Shown: positions 30,783-39,159 of the stretch, piece after piece
How positions within the stretch are numbered: the stretch's first letter is position 1
Layout: the number at the start of each line of letters is the position of its first letter
Source of the DNA: Gammaproteobacteria bacterium
GTDB lineage: Bacteria; Bacteroidota; Bacteroidia; Flavobacteriales_D; JABDKJ01
DNA: 64,000 nt
Direction of reading: 5' to 3'
Assembly (NCBI GenBank): GCA_047638815.1
Contig: JBLIMR010000002.1
Coordinates: forward strand, 168,945 to 232,944
Notes under the pieces: model-generated
Seen by the model: the letters and a program-made list of their open reading frames with translations, nothing else
Told to the model about the DNA's origin: nothing
Database searches by the model: none
Position numbers and translations under genes: made by a program

Positions 30783-33743
30783 TTATGATGCGCGTTGTAC
30801 GATAGGCATTAGGATCTCAACGGTTGTACCGATGCATTTATTGTTTTTATCAAAAATATCTTTGGGTCCAACGATTTCAAATTTCTTATCTGTCATTTTC
30901 CCAAAGAGCTTGATTCTGTTGTTTATTATCTCAACGCCTTTAGAATCATGATTAACCTGACCTTTCTTATTAATCTGACTTTGACCGATCCCGATACCAT
31001 TATCAGAAATCTTGATCTTAACAAGATCATCTTGCTTTAAGATATCTAAGGAAACGGTTCCTAAGGTTTCTCTGGGTAATAAACCATGCCAAATACTATT
31101 TTCTAAAAAGGGTTGAAACAACATCGGTGGTATTTCAATGGTATTAATATCAATTTCGGGTGAGATATTGATTTTATACTCAAAACGATTTTTGAATCGC
31201 ATATGCTCCATCGATAAATAAAGTTCAATTCTCTCTAACTCGTCTCCAAGCACTGACCAGTTATTTTCCGTACTATCAAGATTTTTCCTAATGAGTTTTG
31301 CAAAATTGGTTAAATAGGTATTGGCCGATCTTTTATCTTCTCGGTTTATGTAGTACTGAATAGAATTAAGTGCATTAAAAATAAAATGTCTATTCATGGC
31401 AGAATTAAGAGATTGCTGTTCTAGATCTAATAGCTTGGAACGAATAATAATCAACTCAGTTTCATTCTTTTTCTTCAAAACAGATTTTCTCCAGCGGTAC
31501 AGCAAATAAGCAAATGCTAAAACTAATAATGAAGAGATAAATAAAAACCAGGTCGTAAGGTAATAAGGAGGTTTTATGGAAAAAGAAAACCTCTTAGGGA
31601 CCGCACTCCAAACTCCATTTTTATCTGCAGCCATCAACTCCAAGGTATAATCACCATGGGCCAAGTATGAGTATGTAACAAAATTAGATGCTGTAGGAGG
31701 AAGCCAATCAGCATCGGCACCATTTAATTTGTACTTATATATTACATCTTCGGGAGAATCGAATGAAATAGCTGTGAAATCAAAAGTGATATGATTGTCC
31801 TTATAATCAAGGATGAGATTCTCATAAAGACCATTTTCTGCAGACAACCCTTCGGAATATTCTTCAAGGTTTTCCTTCAGCATAAAAATCCGAATCCCGT
31901 TAATAAAAACATCTGGAGCGACAGGTTCATTAAGACTAACCAAAACATCTACATCAACAGATACCAGACCTTTGCTGGTCCCAATATACAGATTACCTGA
32001 CTTAGTTTGATAACTGGCATTTAAATTACACTCCAAATTCGGCAACCCACTTGATCTATTAAAATGTCTAATGTTTGAGTTGCCCTGATTCTGGTTTTCT
32101 TTGATTGTTAAAAGATGGAGTCCATTATTTGAACCTATCATAAGCTGATTATCTAAAAGATGTAAAATGTTAACCGGATCATTTTCTCTACTTTTAAAAT
32201 CGTACCTGGTAATAATTTCATCCTTCATCACATCCAATCCACTTTTGCTACCGATCCAAAGGCGGTCATATTTATCCATCGCCAATGCATTAACATCGTT
32301 ATCAGAGAGGCCGTTTTGCTCGTCAAAATGGCTCCAGAAATTTCCATCGAAACGATATATTCCATTTTCATTTCCCACCCATAAAATACCATCATGATGT
32401 ACAATGGATCTCACTCTTTTTATGGGTATTCCCAGCTCCGATCCATGCGCTTTAAATTCCTGGCCATCGAAACTTGAAAGGCCCTCTTTATGACCAATCC
32501 ATATTACTTGATTTTCATCTTGTATCAGAGAAGTGATTCTAGTACCATTGAATATATTTTCATTTTTCAATTCCCTAATTTCACCGTGATCATAAATTTT
32601 CAGTCCGTGAGTATTACCGAGCCAAACCTTTCCAGACAGATCGACCAAGGATGACCACACAGCACCATCTCCAAGCTCTGGAATTTCCACTAAACTATCT
32701 GAGGGACTTAAATAAGCTACGCCATCGCCATATGAACCTAACCAGAGATTGTTTTCTTGGTCCTCACATATGCTCATTATGATGTCGCTATGACTGTTAA
32801 TATTCTTAATGCTAGTTGTAAAAAGCCAACCAGTAAAACGAAATATGCCTTGCCCTTTACTAGCCAGCCAAAGCGATCCATTGGTATCACTTAAAAGAGA
32901 TTCGATATTAGCATTTTCCAAACCGTTGCTCGCATCCAAATTCAAAAATGAATCCCCATCAAAACAGCTTACACCTTCAATTGTTGCAAACCATATTTTA
33001 CCTTTATTGCTTTCAATGTTTCTGACATTGTTATATATAAGCCCTTGTTCCTCTGTATAATTTCGGATCTTCCCATCCGAGATTTTGTATACTCCTTTCC
33101 TAAAAGTGCTTACCCATAGGTTTTCATCAACAACCTCAATATCGGTGATACTTATTGATTTGAGTTCAGGAGCGAGTAATTCTTTGTTTTTAAGATTAGC
33201 GTCTAATGTGAATAGACCTTCCGTTGTTGCGATTATTAACTTGTCTTTGTATGCCACACATTTCCGAACGTAGTCTACATTCTTTATGTCGTAAATAAAC
33301 TGATTGTCATTAATGGAAAACTGAACCACACCTCTTCCATTTGTGCTTAAAATTAGGGTATCTGAATGAATGGAAGTAATGCTGAGAACCCTGAAGTTTT
33401 TGATTTCTTCTGGGAAATTGTATGGAGTGAAACGGCCACCTGAGTGGTGAGAAATCCCGCCTTGCATACCTACCCAAAGTCCTTTTTTAGAATCTTCAAA
33501 AAGACTATAAATCGAGTTGTCAATCAGGCCATCTTTTTTATAATAATTGACGAATTCATGGCTATCGAATTTACTCAATCCATTGGCTGTACCAATCCAA
33601 ATAAAACCATTTTGATCTTGCAACATGGTTTTCGCTTGTGACTGCGCCAATCCGTCTATATTATTGTAATTATCGAATTGATAATACTGTCCAAAAGCAG
33701 ATAAAATAATTGTAAGAAATAGACCAGTAAGTATGAATCGCAT
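30783..33743 (-). CDS. sensor histidine kinase: periplasmic two-component-regulator propeller repeats + Y_Y_Y domain, TM helix, LytS/YehU-type kinase core
   Basis: Signal peptide, then many repeats of the G(L/I)..N.V..I..D..G..W(I/V)GT type. A Y_Y_Y-like region (YKYKLNGADADW) and one transmembrane helix follow, then a His_kinase-type H-box (NRHFIFNALNSIQYYI) and an HATPase N/G box (FLENSIWHG...DNGIGI). Confidence 0.85.
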   Translation of the reverse strand: MRFILTGLFLTIILSAFGQYYQFDNYNNIDGLAQSQAKTMLQDQNGFIWIGTANGLSKFDSHEFVNYYKKDGLIDNSIYSLFEDSKKGLWVGMQGGISHHSGGRFTPYNFPEEIKNFRVLSITSIHSDTLILSTNGRGVVQFSINDNQFIYDIKNVDYVRKCVAYKDKLIIATTEGLFTLDANLKNKELLAPELKSISITDIEVVDENLWVSTFRKGVYKISDGKIRNYTEEQGLIYNNVRNIESNKGKIWFATIEGVSCFDGDSFLNLDASNGLENANIESLLSDTNGSLWLASKGQGIFRFTGWLFTTSIKNINSHSDIIMSICEDQENNLWLGSYGDGVAYLSPSDSLVEIPELGDGAVWSSLVDLSGKVWLGNTHGLKIYDHGEIRELKNENIFNGTRITSLIQDENQVIWIGHKEGLSSFDGQEFKAHGSELGIPIKRVRSIVHHDGILWVGNENGIYRFDGNFWSHFDEQNGLSDNDVNALAMDKYDRLWIGSKSGLDVMKDEIITRYDFKSRENDPVNILHLLDNQLMIGSNNGLHLLTIKENQNQGNSNIRHFNRSSGLPNLECNLNASYQTKSGNLYIGTSKGLVSVDVDVLVSLNEPVAPDVFINGIRIFMLKENLEEYSEGLSAENGLYENLILDYKDNHITFDFTAISFDSPEDVIYKYKLNGADADWLPPTASNFVTYSYLAHGDYTLELMAADKNGVWSAVPKRFSFSIKPPYYLTTWFLFISSLLVLAFAYLLYRWRKSVLKKKNETELIIIRSKLLDLEQQSLNSAMNRHFIFNALNSIQYYINREDKRSANTYLTNFAKLIRKNLDSTENNWSVLGDELERIELYLSMEHMRFKNRFEYKINISPEIDINTIEIPPMLFQPFLENSIWHGLLPRETLGTVSLDILKQDDLVKIKISDNGIGIGQSQINKKGQVNHDSKGVEIINNRIKLFGKMTDKKFEIVGPKDIFDKNNKCIGTTVEILMPIVQRAS

Positions 33744-33749
33744 AGTATT

Positions 33750-34508
33750 CTATTTCATTACTATTTCTAAGAAAGTTGACATTTTTCTTCTCGCAATAGG
33801 CACGCGAATATTGTTGGTCAAAACAGCCACATTCCCCTCTCTTCTTTCATATCCTTTGAGGTGATGGTGGTAGTTGATAATATGAGATTTATGTGTTCTG
33901 AAAAAAGTGCTTCCGCTTAGTTTTTCCTCGTACACACGAATGTTTTTACTGCTGATATGCTTATCTCCGTTCTCAAGATAAATCATCGTATAACTTTCGT
34001 TGGCTTCAAGGTGAACGATATCTTTACTTTGAAGAATGGCATAACCATCTTTTGTTGGAACACTTATTTTAGAATTATCGACACCTGGTCCATCCTGAGT
34101 CAACAGTCGCTCTAGTTTTATTGATAGATCAACTTGACCTTCGGATTTTTGTCGTTCTAATATTTTTTGTCCACATGATTCCAAGTCATCTATTGAAATA
34201 GGTTTTTCTAAATAATCAAGTGCATTTTCCTTAATTGCCTTTATACCATAATCATCATGTGCAGTGGTAAAAACTAGATGAAAATTTCTGTGTGGAAGGT
34301 TTTCCAAAAATTCAAATCCGTTCATTCCAGGCATTTTTATATCCAGAAAAATCACTTCAGGTTCAAACTCTTCAAATCTTTTCAATGCAGTTTCTCCAGA
34401 ATCCGCTGTTGCAACTATTTCCAGGTCTGGAGTATACTCTTTGATCATCATTTCAAGGTTTTCACGACCATTGAATTCATCATCTATTATAAGGGTTCTT
34501 AGCTTCAT
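33750..34508 (-). CDS. LytTR-family response regulator
   Basis: Receiver domain (LIIDDE...FLDIKMPGMNG...KP) plus a LytTR DNA-binding domain (FFRTHKSHIIN). It ends 6 nt before the kinase start. Confidence 0.85.
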   Translation of the reverse strand: MKLRTLIIDDEFNGRENLEMMIKEYTPDLEIVATADSGETALKRFEEFEPEVIFLDIKMPGMNGFEFLENLPHRNFHLVFTTAHDDYGIKAIKENALDYLEKPISIDDLESCGQKILERQKSEGQVDLSIKLERLLTQDGPGVDNSKISVPTKDGYAILQSKDIVHLEANESYTMIYLENGDKHISSKNIRVYEEKLSGSTFFRTHKSHIINYHHHLKGYERREGNVAVLTNNIRVPIARRKMSTFLEIVMK

Positions 34509-34640
34509 TATTTTGTCACATTAGAAATTCAAGGTCAGAATTATTATTGACTTTTACAATGAATTACAGTGAAGGGCATCTCTCATTTATTGAAGGCTAC
34601 CTTTGATTGATTAAAAGAATTGAATGCAATACTTGGGGAA

Positions 34641-35426
34641 CTAGACTTTGCCCATACTTTTTATTCTAGCGACAAAATCTTTGACTCTTTTTTTGGAAAC
34701 GGGGAGCTTTAGTCCATCCTTCAAAATAGCATAATTACCTCTATCCCTTCTATACTCTTCCAAAAAATTCAAATTGACAATATAGGATCGATGAATTCGA
34801 AAGAACATATTTTCTGGAAGGAAGTTTTCGTAAACACCCAAAGTCCGTGTGTCAAGAAAATTGCTGCCATCCGTTAGTACAATGTTGGAGCAGTTACTTT
34901 TGGCTTCAACGAACAATATTTTGCTAGGATCTATCAGTTTGATTCCCTTAGAGTGACTGATACTTATTTTATTGAATCTGATGTTAGAAAATTGCTGATA
35001 TACTTTTTTTAGAGAATCGATATAATCATCCTTCATCTCCGGATTTTCGATTATTGAATGCCGCAATTTGGATACTTTATTGACGGCAGCTTCAAGATCA
35101 TTAATATCAATAGGTTTTAATATATAATGAATAGCATTTGCATTCATTGCCTCGACAGCATAATCCTTGAAGGCAGTAACAAAGATCACCAGGAAGCTAG
35201 GGTCATTGAATTTTGTGAGCAAATCAAAGCCTTCGGTCCCAGAGGGCATTCGAATATCCAAAAAAATTAAATCAGGATCATGCTTGATTATTTCTTCATA
35301 CGCCACATCAATATTACCGGCCTTCGCGACAATATTAATTTCAGGACAAAACTCATCCACCATCATGGCCAAATTCTCTCTAGCCAATTCCTCATCATCA
35401 ATTATAATAGCACGAATCGTTTTCAC
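34641..35426 (-). CDS. LytTR-family response regulator (second copy, GTG start)
   Basis: Receiver domain (IIIDDEE...FLDIRMPSG...KP) plus a LytTR domain (FFRIHRSYIVN). Confidence 0.85.
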   Translation of the reverse strand: MKTIRAIIIDDEELARENLAMMVDEFCPEINIVAKAGNIDVAYEEIIKHDPDLIFLDIRMPSGTEGFDLLTKFNDPSFLVIFVTAFKDYAVEAMNANAIHYILKPIDINDLEAAVNKVSKLRHSIIENPEMKDDYIDSLKKVYQQFSNIRFNKISISHSKGIKLIDPSKILFVEAKSNCSNIVLTDGSNFLDTRTLGVYENFLPENMFFRIHRSYIVNLNFLEEYRRDRGNYAILKDGLKLPVSKKRVKDFVARIKSMGKV

Positions 35427-35710
35427 TTATATCATAGTATGGTATAAAAGTATATTAATTGAGGACATAAATTGTGTTTAACCTTTAATTGTTAAATCAT
35501 GCCCATTGGTGAAAACGCGACAAATTTTTGAGAACAATGATCTTATCTTGCATTAGAACAATAAAATCTCCCTCCCATGAATGATAAAAAACAAAACCTT
35601 AAGTTTTATTGGATCTTTAACGATCGATAAAAGAAATGACTGGTTGAAGAAGTCGCTCTGAGCAAATCTTCAAATTATTTGGTTAATAATTCTGTGTTGT
35701 TATAATTGTA

Positions 35711-35741
35711 AACCCCGTTCCTGCTAGAGCGGGGTTTTTTT
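35711..35741 (+). terminator. rho-independent terminator with no annotated upstream gene
   Basis: aaCCCCGTTC-ctgcta-GAGCGGGG forms an 8-bp stem with one G-U pair, followed by TTTTTTT. Only sub-30-codon ORFs lie upstream on this strand. Confidence 0.8.
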
Positions 35742-35791
35742 GTAACAACTTTTAAGATGGCACGTATAAAAAAGTAGCTAAAACATGGAAT

Positions 35792-36037
35792 ATGAAAACA
35801 TTAGAGACCGTAGGTGTCATTGTGCACGGGCTTCAGAAGTTAATCAAACTTGATTATCAACCGATTTCACAAAAGGCGATGTACGATATTTGCGACCTCA
35901 ATGGACGCGTCATTCTATCTGGGAACATCCAAGATGAAATAACTCAAATAAATATTAGCGACCTCATCAGCAAACAATATATTCTTTTGATATTGGATGG
36001 TGATATGGCGGTAAGTCGGAAGTTTGTTGTTTCTTAA
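35792..36037 (+). CDS. stand-alone T9SS C-terminal-sorting-domain-like ORF (possible gene remnant)
   Basis: The 81 aa resemble only a type-A Por secretion tail (YDICDLNGRVILSGNIQDEITQINISDLISKQYILLILDGDMAVSRKFVV). There is no signal peptide or cargo domain. An in-frame stop lies at 35753. Confidence 0.4.
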   Translation: MKTLETVGVIVHGLQKLIKLDYQPISQKAMYDICDLNGRVILSGNIQDEITQINISDLISKQYILLILDGDMAVSRKFVVS

Positions 36038-36176
36038 ATAGATTTTTTCAATCAATCATTAAAAAACCCAATTCAATGAATGAAGTGCGGCTTTTGATTG
36101 ATTGTGCCCATTAGGGCTTACTTCGATTCAACTGCGTTCCGCTCAGCATAAATACTTCGACAAGCTCAGCACATCG
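36031..36176. repeat. decayed copy ('unit 0') of the 146-bp tRNA-3'-end repeat
   Basis: gtgcccattagggct (36104-36118) matches the tRNA end gtgcgcccactagggct. The flanks show patchy homology to the repeat unit (aaaaccc..gaatg.aag; cgttcc.ctca..ataaa) with similar spacing. It also holds a 10-bp inverted repeat, caatcaatca / tgattgattg (36049-58 / 36095-104). Confidence 0.6.
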
Positions 36177-36554
36177 CTTCTCGCCCAGTAAAATTTCAGC
36201 CAAAAGAAAACCCCTACATTGTTGAATGTAAGGGTTTCTAATTAGTGCGCCCACTAGGGCTCCCCGAAAGTTATTTTCTAAATATTTCGTTCCTCAATAA
36301 AGAAAATATCAATCGGGATAAACTTCTCGCCCAGTAAAATTTCAGCCAAAAGAAAACCCCTACATTGTTGAATGTAAGGGTTTCTAATCAGTGCGCCCAC
36401 TAGGGCTCCCCGAAAGTTATTTTCTAAATATTTCGTTCCTCAATAAAGAAAATATCAATCGGGATAAACTTCTCGCCCAGTAAAATTTCAGCCAAAAGAA
36501 AACCCCTACATTGTTGAATGTAAGGGTTTCTAATCAGTGCGCCCACTAGGGCTC
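36177..36554. repeat. tandem repeat, 146-bp period, 2.6 copies, each carrying the last 17 nt of the tRNA plus its terminator
   Basis: Units 36177-36322 and 36323-36468 differ at one base (T36243 / C36389). The partial third unit (36469-36554) is identical to unit 2 and runs into the real tRNA. The 17-mer tgcgcccactagggctc occurs at 36246, 36392 and 36538. Confidence 0.95.
36491..36530 (-). terminator. rho-independent terminator of the tRNA (copies at 36345-36384 and 36199-36238)
   Basis: The minus-strand RNA GAAACCCUUACAUU-CAAC-AAUGUAGGGGUUU forms a stem of about 13 bp with one G-U pair, followed by a UCUUUUGG tail. It starts 7 nt after the tRNA 3' end. Confidence 0.8.
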
Positions 36555-36611
36555 GAACCTAGGACCACCTGATTATGAGTCAGGTGCTCTAACCAACTGA
36601 GCTATGGGCGC
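36538..36611 (-). tRNA. tRNA with anticodon CAT (elongator Met or lysidine-type Ile2; not initiator)
   Basis: 74-nt cloverleaf. Acceptor GCGCCCA/TGGGCGC; D arm GCTC-AGTTGGTTA-GAGC; anticodon arm CCTGA-CTCATAA-TCAGG. Variable loop TGGTC, T arm CTAGG-TTCGAGC-CCTAG and discriminator A; CCA is not encoded. The G1-C72 pair and the absence of a GGG/CCC anticodon stem argue against an initiator. Confidence 0.95.
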
Positions 36612-36690
36612 AATTTGTCGTAAAACAAATTTGGTCGGCAAAGTTAATTCTTTAGTATTTCTAAACAAATATTATTTTATTTGTTCATTC

Positions 36691-37323
36691 ATGAAATATT
36701 CTCAATTCGATACAATAATATTTGACCTCGGTGGAGTCCTTCTAAATATTGATTACACACTCACAGCCAATGCCTTCAAGGATCTAGGAATACGTGATTT
36801 TGACGGGTTATATTCTCAAGCAAAGCAAAATTCTGTGTTCGATGATTTGGAAATTGGGAAACTATCACCTAAAGGCTTCATTGATTATATCAACCTAACG
36901 TGTTCCAGCAACTTTAGCCAAGATCAAGTAATTGCTGCCTGGAATGCCATGTTGTTGGACTTTCCGATTGAAAGGATGATTTTATTGGAGAAACTGCAAA
37001 AAAGCCATAATCTTATTCTCATGAGCAATACCAATGAAATTCATATTATGGCCTTTAAAGAAATCATGGAAAAATCTTTTGGATATCAGAGGTTTGAGAA
37101 CGTGTTTGATAAACTCTATCTCTCCTCACAAATTGGCAGACGAAAACCTGATGAGAGTACCTTTGAATGGATATTATCCGAAATCAAATTGAATGCTACA
37201 CAATGCCTCTTTATTGATGATAGCGAGCAACATATTATTGGAGCTAGAAAAATAGGGATTACTTCTCACCATCTACAACACAATGAAGAAATAACTGAGT
37301 TATTTAAATCGGAAGATTTTTGA
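36691..37323 (+). CDS. HAD-superfamily hydrolase (subfamily IA)
   Basis: Motif I FDLGGVL, motif II SNTN and motif IV FIDDS. The start is set at ATG 36691 because the tracked start at 36604 overlaps the tRNA. Confidence 0.75.
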   Translation: MKYSQFDTIIFDLGGVLLNIDYTLTANAFKDLGIRDFDGLYSQAKQNSVFDDLEIGKLSPKGFIDYINLTCSSNFSQDQVIAAWNAMLLDFPIERMILLEKLQKSHNLILMSNTNEIHIMAFKEIMEKSFGYQRFENVFDKLYLSSQIGRRKPDESTFEWILSEIKLNATQCLFIDDSEQHIIGARKIGITSHHLQHNEEITELFKSEDF

Positions 37324-37735
37324 TTTCCTTTTTGGTATTTTTTTCCTGACAAAGCTCCACCAATACTCCCGAGGTATCTTTTGGATGCATGAAGGCGATC
37401 AATTTATTATCAGCACCTTCTTTTGGCTTTTTATTTAAAAGGCGATAACCAAGTTCGGTTAAGCGCTTAATTTCTTCTTCAACATTATCAACAGCAAAGG
37501 CAATATGATGCATTCCTTCCCCTTTTTTTTCAATAAATTTAGCGATAGGGCTATCCTCACTGGTAGCTTCTAAAAGTTCTATTTTAGATTCCCCAATTTT
37601 GAAAAAAGAGGTTTTAACGCCTTCAGATTCAACGAATTCTTCTTTGTAGGACTTCACACCTAAAAGATCTTCGAAAATTGTTTCGTTCTCCTTTATGCTC
37701 TTAACGGCAATGCCAATATGTTCAATTTGATTCAA
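37304..37735 (-). CDS. methylmalonyl-CoA epimerase (VOC/glyoxalase fold)
   Basis: IEHIGIAV, KIELLE, GEGMHHIAF and GVLVEL motifs in 143 aa, with a TTG start. Confidence 0.8.
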   Translation of the reverse strand: MNQIEHIGIAVKSIKENETIFEDLLGVKSYKEEFVESEGVKTSFFKIGESKIELLEATSEDSPIAKFIEKKGEGMHHIAFAVDNVEEEIKRLTELGYRLLNKKPKEGADNKLIAFMHPKDTSGVLVELCQEKNTKKEIKNLPI

Positions 37736-37782
37736 TGTCTATTTGATGTTTTAGACAAATTTACGAATAAATACGTGTGAGT

Positions 37783-38589
37783 CTAGTTGATGACAATCTT
37801 GTCGTAGAGGTTGTCAAAATTTACAAAATAGACACCTTTCTTTAAGGAGAAGAGATCCACATTAGTTCCGACTCCCTTTTTACGTAAAACTCCGTATTCG
37901 TTAAATATTTCGTACCGGGTATTTTCGTTAAATACTATGACGTTTTTTGGTTCGTTATGGATAAATCTTACAGGGGAATAAGAGTCTCTGAAAACGGTGA
38001 CAATATTCGACCGTCTTGGAACATTCGTATGATCCTTTTGAGTAATTCTCACTTTATTTTTACCAGAGTTAAGATCTACATCAAAGCTATATTCGTTGTG
38101 ATCTGCTGTTCCAATGCCTTGAATTTCTCCTAGCTTAACCCACTTATTCCATCTAAACTGTTCTACCATGAATGGTAGTGATCCGTTTTCATTATTGGTT
38201 TGCCAAACCAACTTGCCTTTTCTGTCAAGTTTCAAATCTAACACCTCAAAAGTACTAAGTGGCATCAAAGATTCAGGATTAAGAATGATTGGTTCGTTGC
38301 CTTCTTGATGAAGGAGTTCAATGATGATTTCATCACCAATTTTAAAATTATAGATTGAAAGATCAACAATAAATGCGCTTGAATTTATATCGTCAGAACT
38401 TACCTGACCATTGACTAGTGACTTGTTAACAGAGTATCCAACACCATTGATGTTCATAGGATTTTGGATGTAGACATCCTTTCCCCGATATTGACCTTCG
38501 AGAACTAAACTTTTAGCCTCACAATTCAAACCAATGAATGTGACCAAAAGGCTCAGTCCAATAACGATATAAATTTTCAACAAAGTCAT
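37783..38589 (-). CDS. secreted protein of unknown function with T9SS C-terminal sorting domain
   Basis: The ATG at 38589 gives the signal MTLLKIYIVIGLSLLVTFIGLNCEA. The C-terminus YEIFNEYGVLRKKGVGTNVDLFSLKKGVYFVNFDNLYDKIVIN matches the type-A Por tail pattern. Confidence 0.6.
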   Translation of the reverse strand: MTLLKIYIVIGLSLLVTFIGLNCEAKSLVLEGQYRGKDVYIQNPMNINGVGYSVNKSLVNGQVSSDDINSSAFIVDLSIYNFKIGDEIIIELLHQEGNEPIILNPESLMPLSTFEVLDLKLDRKGKLVWQTNNENGSLPFMVEQFRWNKWVKLGEIQGIGTADHNEYSFDVDLNSGKNKVRITQKDHTNVPRRSNIVTVFRDSYSPVRFIHNEPKNVIVFNENTRYEIFNEYGVLRKKGVGTNVDLFSLKKGVYFVNFDNLYDKIVIN

Positions 38590-38610
38590 TCTACACAAAA
38601 TCCAATTCAA

Positions 38611-39159
38611 CTATTTATTCATTACAATTTCGTTATTAACATCTATGGTGGCAGCGGATTTCATCATCCGATCAACATGTGCTTTACGAAATTGTCCATT
38701 CGATGCACTTCTGACTATGACAGGAGCATCATCAACGTTCTTGTTCATCATAAAATTCACAAAACTCTGAGAACCATCGGGCAAACTTTTTTCAAAGATC
38801 ACTTGATTTTCGTCCTTCGATAAGATTGTGATTTTGTAAAAGATATCTTTGCCCAAATCACTAATCGTCTCCTCTATGTTTAATTTTCCTTCAAGAATTT
38901 CGAGATGAAAGTTTTTACCAATTTTCATATTGGTTACACCAGAATTACCCGTGGATACTTGTGGTTCTTTCCCCACGAGATCAACACCGGGCACTTGGAT
39001 CTTAACCTTCGCGTCAACCAATGATATTTCATGAGTATCATAGCCTTCATAAGGGTTTTCTTGAATCTCTTTTTCTTGATTTATCTCCACATTATCAGTG
39101 TGTTTTGATTGACATTGAGCTAAAATCAAAAGAAAAAATAAGTAAATCGTATATTTCAT
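38611..39159 (-). CDS. lipoprotein of unknown function
   Basis: Signal plus lipobox MKYTIYLFFLLILAQC; 182 aa. Its stop abuts the downstream CTD-protein gene. Confidence 0.5.
   Translation of the reverse strand: MKYTIYLFFLLILAQCQSKHTDNVEINQEKEIQENPYEGYDTHEISLVDAKVKIQVPGVDLVGKEPQVSTGNSGVTNMKIGKNFHLEILEGKLNIEETISDLGKDIFYKITILSKDENQVIFEKSLPDGSQSFVNFMMNKNVDDAPVIVRSASNGQFRKAHVDRMMKSAATIDVNNEIVMNK

Noticed and set aside
35167-35481. 104-aa plus-strand ORF overlapping the start of the second LytTR regulator
   Set aside because: It is almost entirely antisense to the well-supported receiver domain. It therefore cannot explain the orphan terminator at 35711 with any confidence.
36031-36554. Could the regularly spaced repeats next to the tRNA be a CRISPR array?
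   Set aside because: The whole 146-bp unit repeats, so there are no unique spacers between short repeats. There are only 2.6 copies plus a decayed one, and no cas genes. The repeated core is the tRNA 3' end.
36177-36554. Decayed tandem copies of the tRNA gene itself
   Set aside because: The 17-nt 3' end is perfectly conserved, yet the adjacent 57 nt show no resemblance to tRNA positions 1-57. Uniform decay would not give such a sharp boundary.
36604-36690. N-terminal 29 codons of the tracked 239-aa HAD ORF
   Set aside because: This stretch overlaps the tRNA gene and its upstream region on the opposite strand. The HAD motif I (FDLGGVL) follows shortly after the internal ATG at 36691, which gives a normal-length protein.
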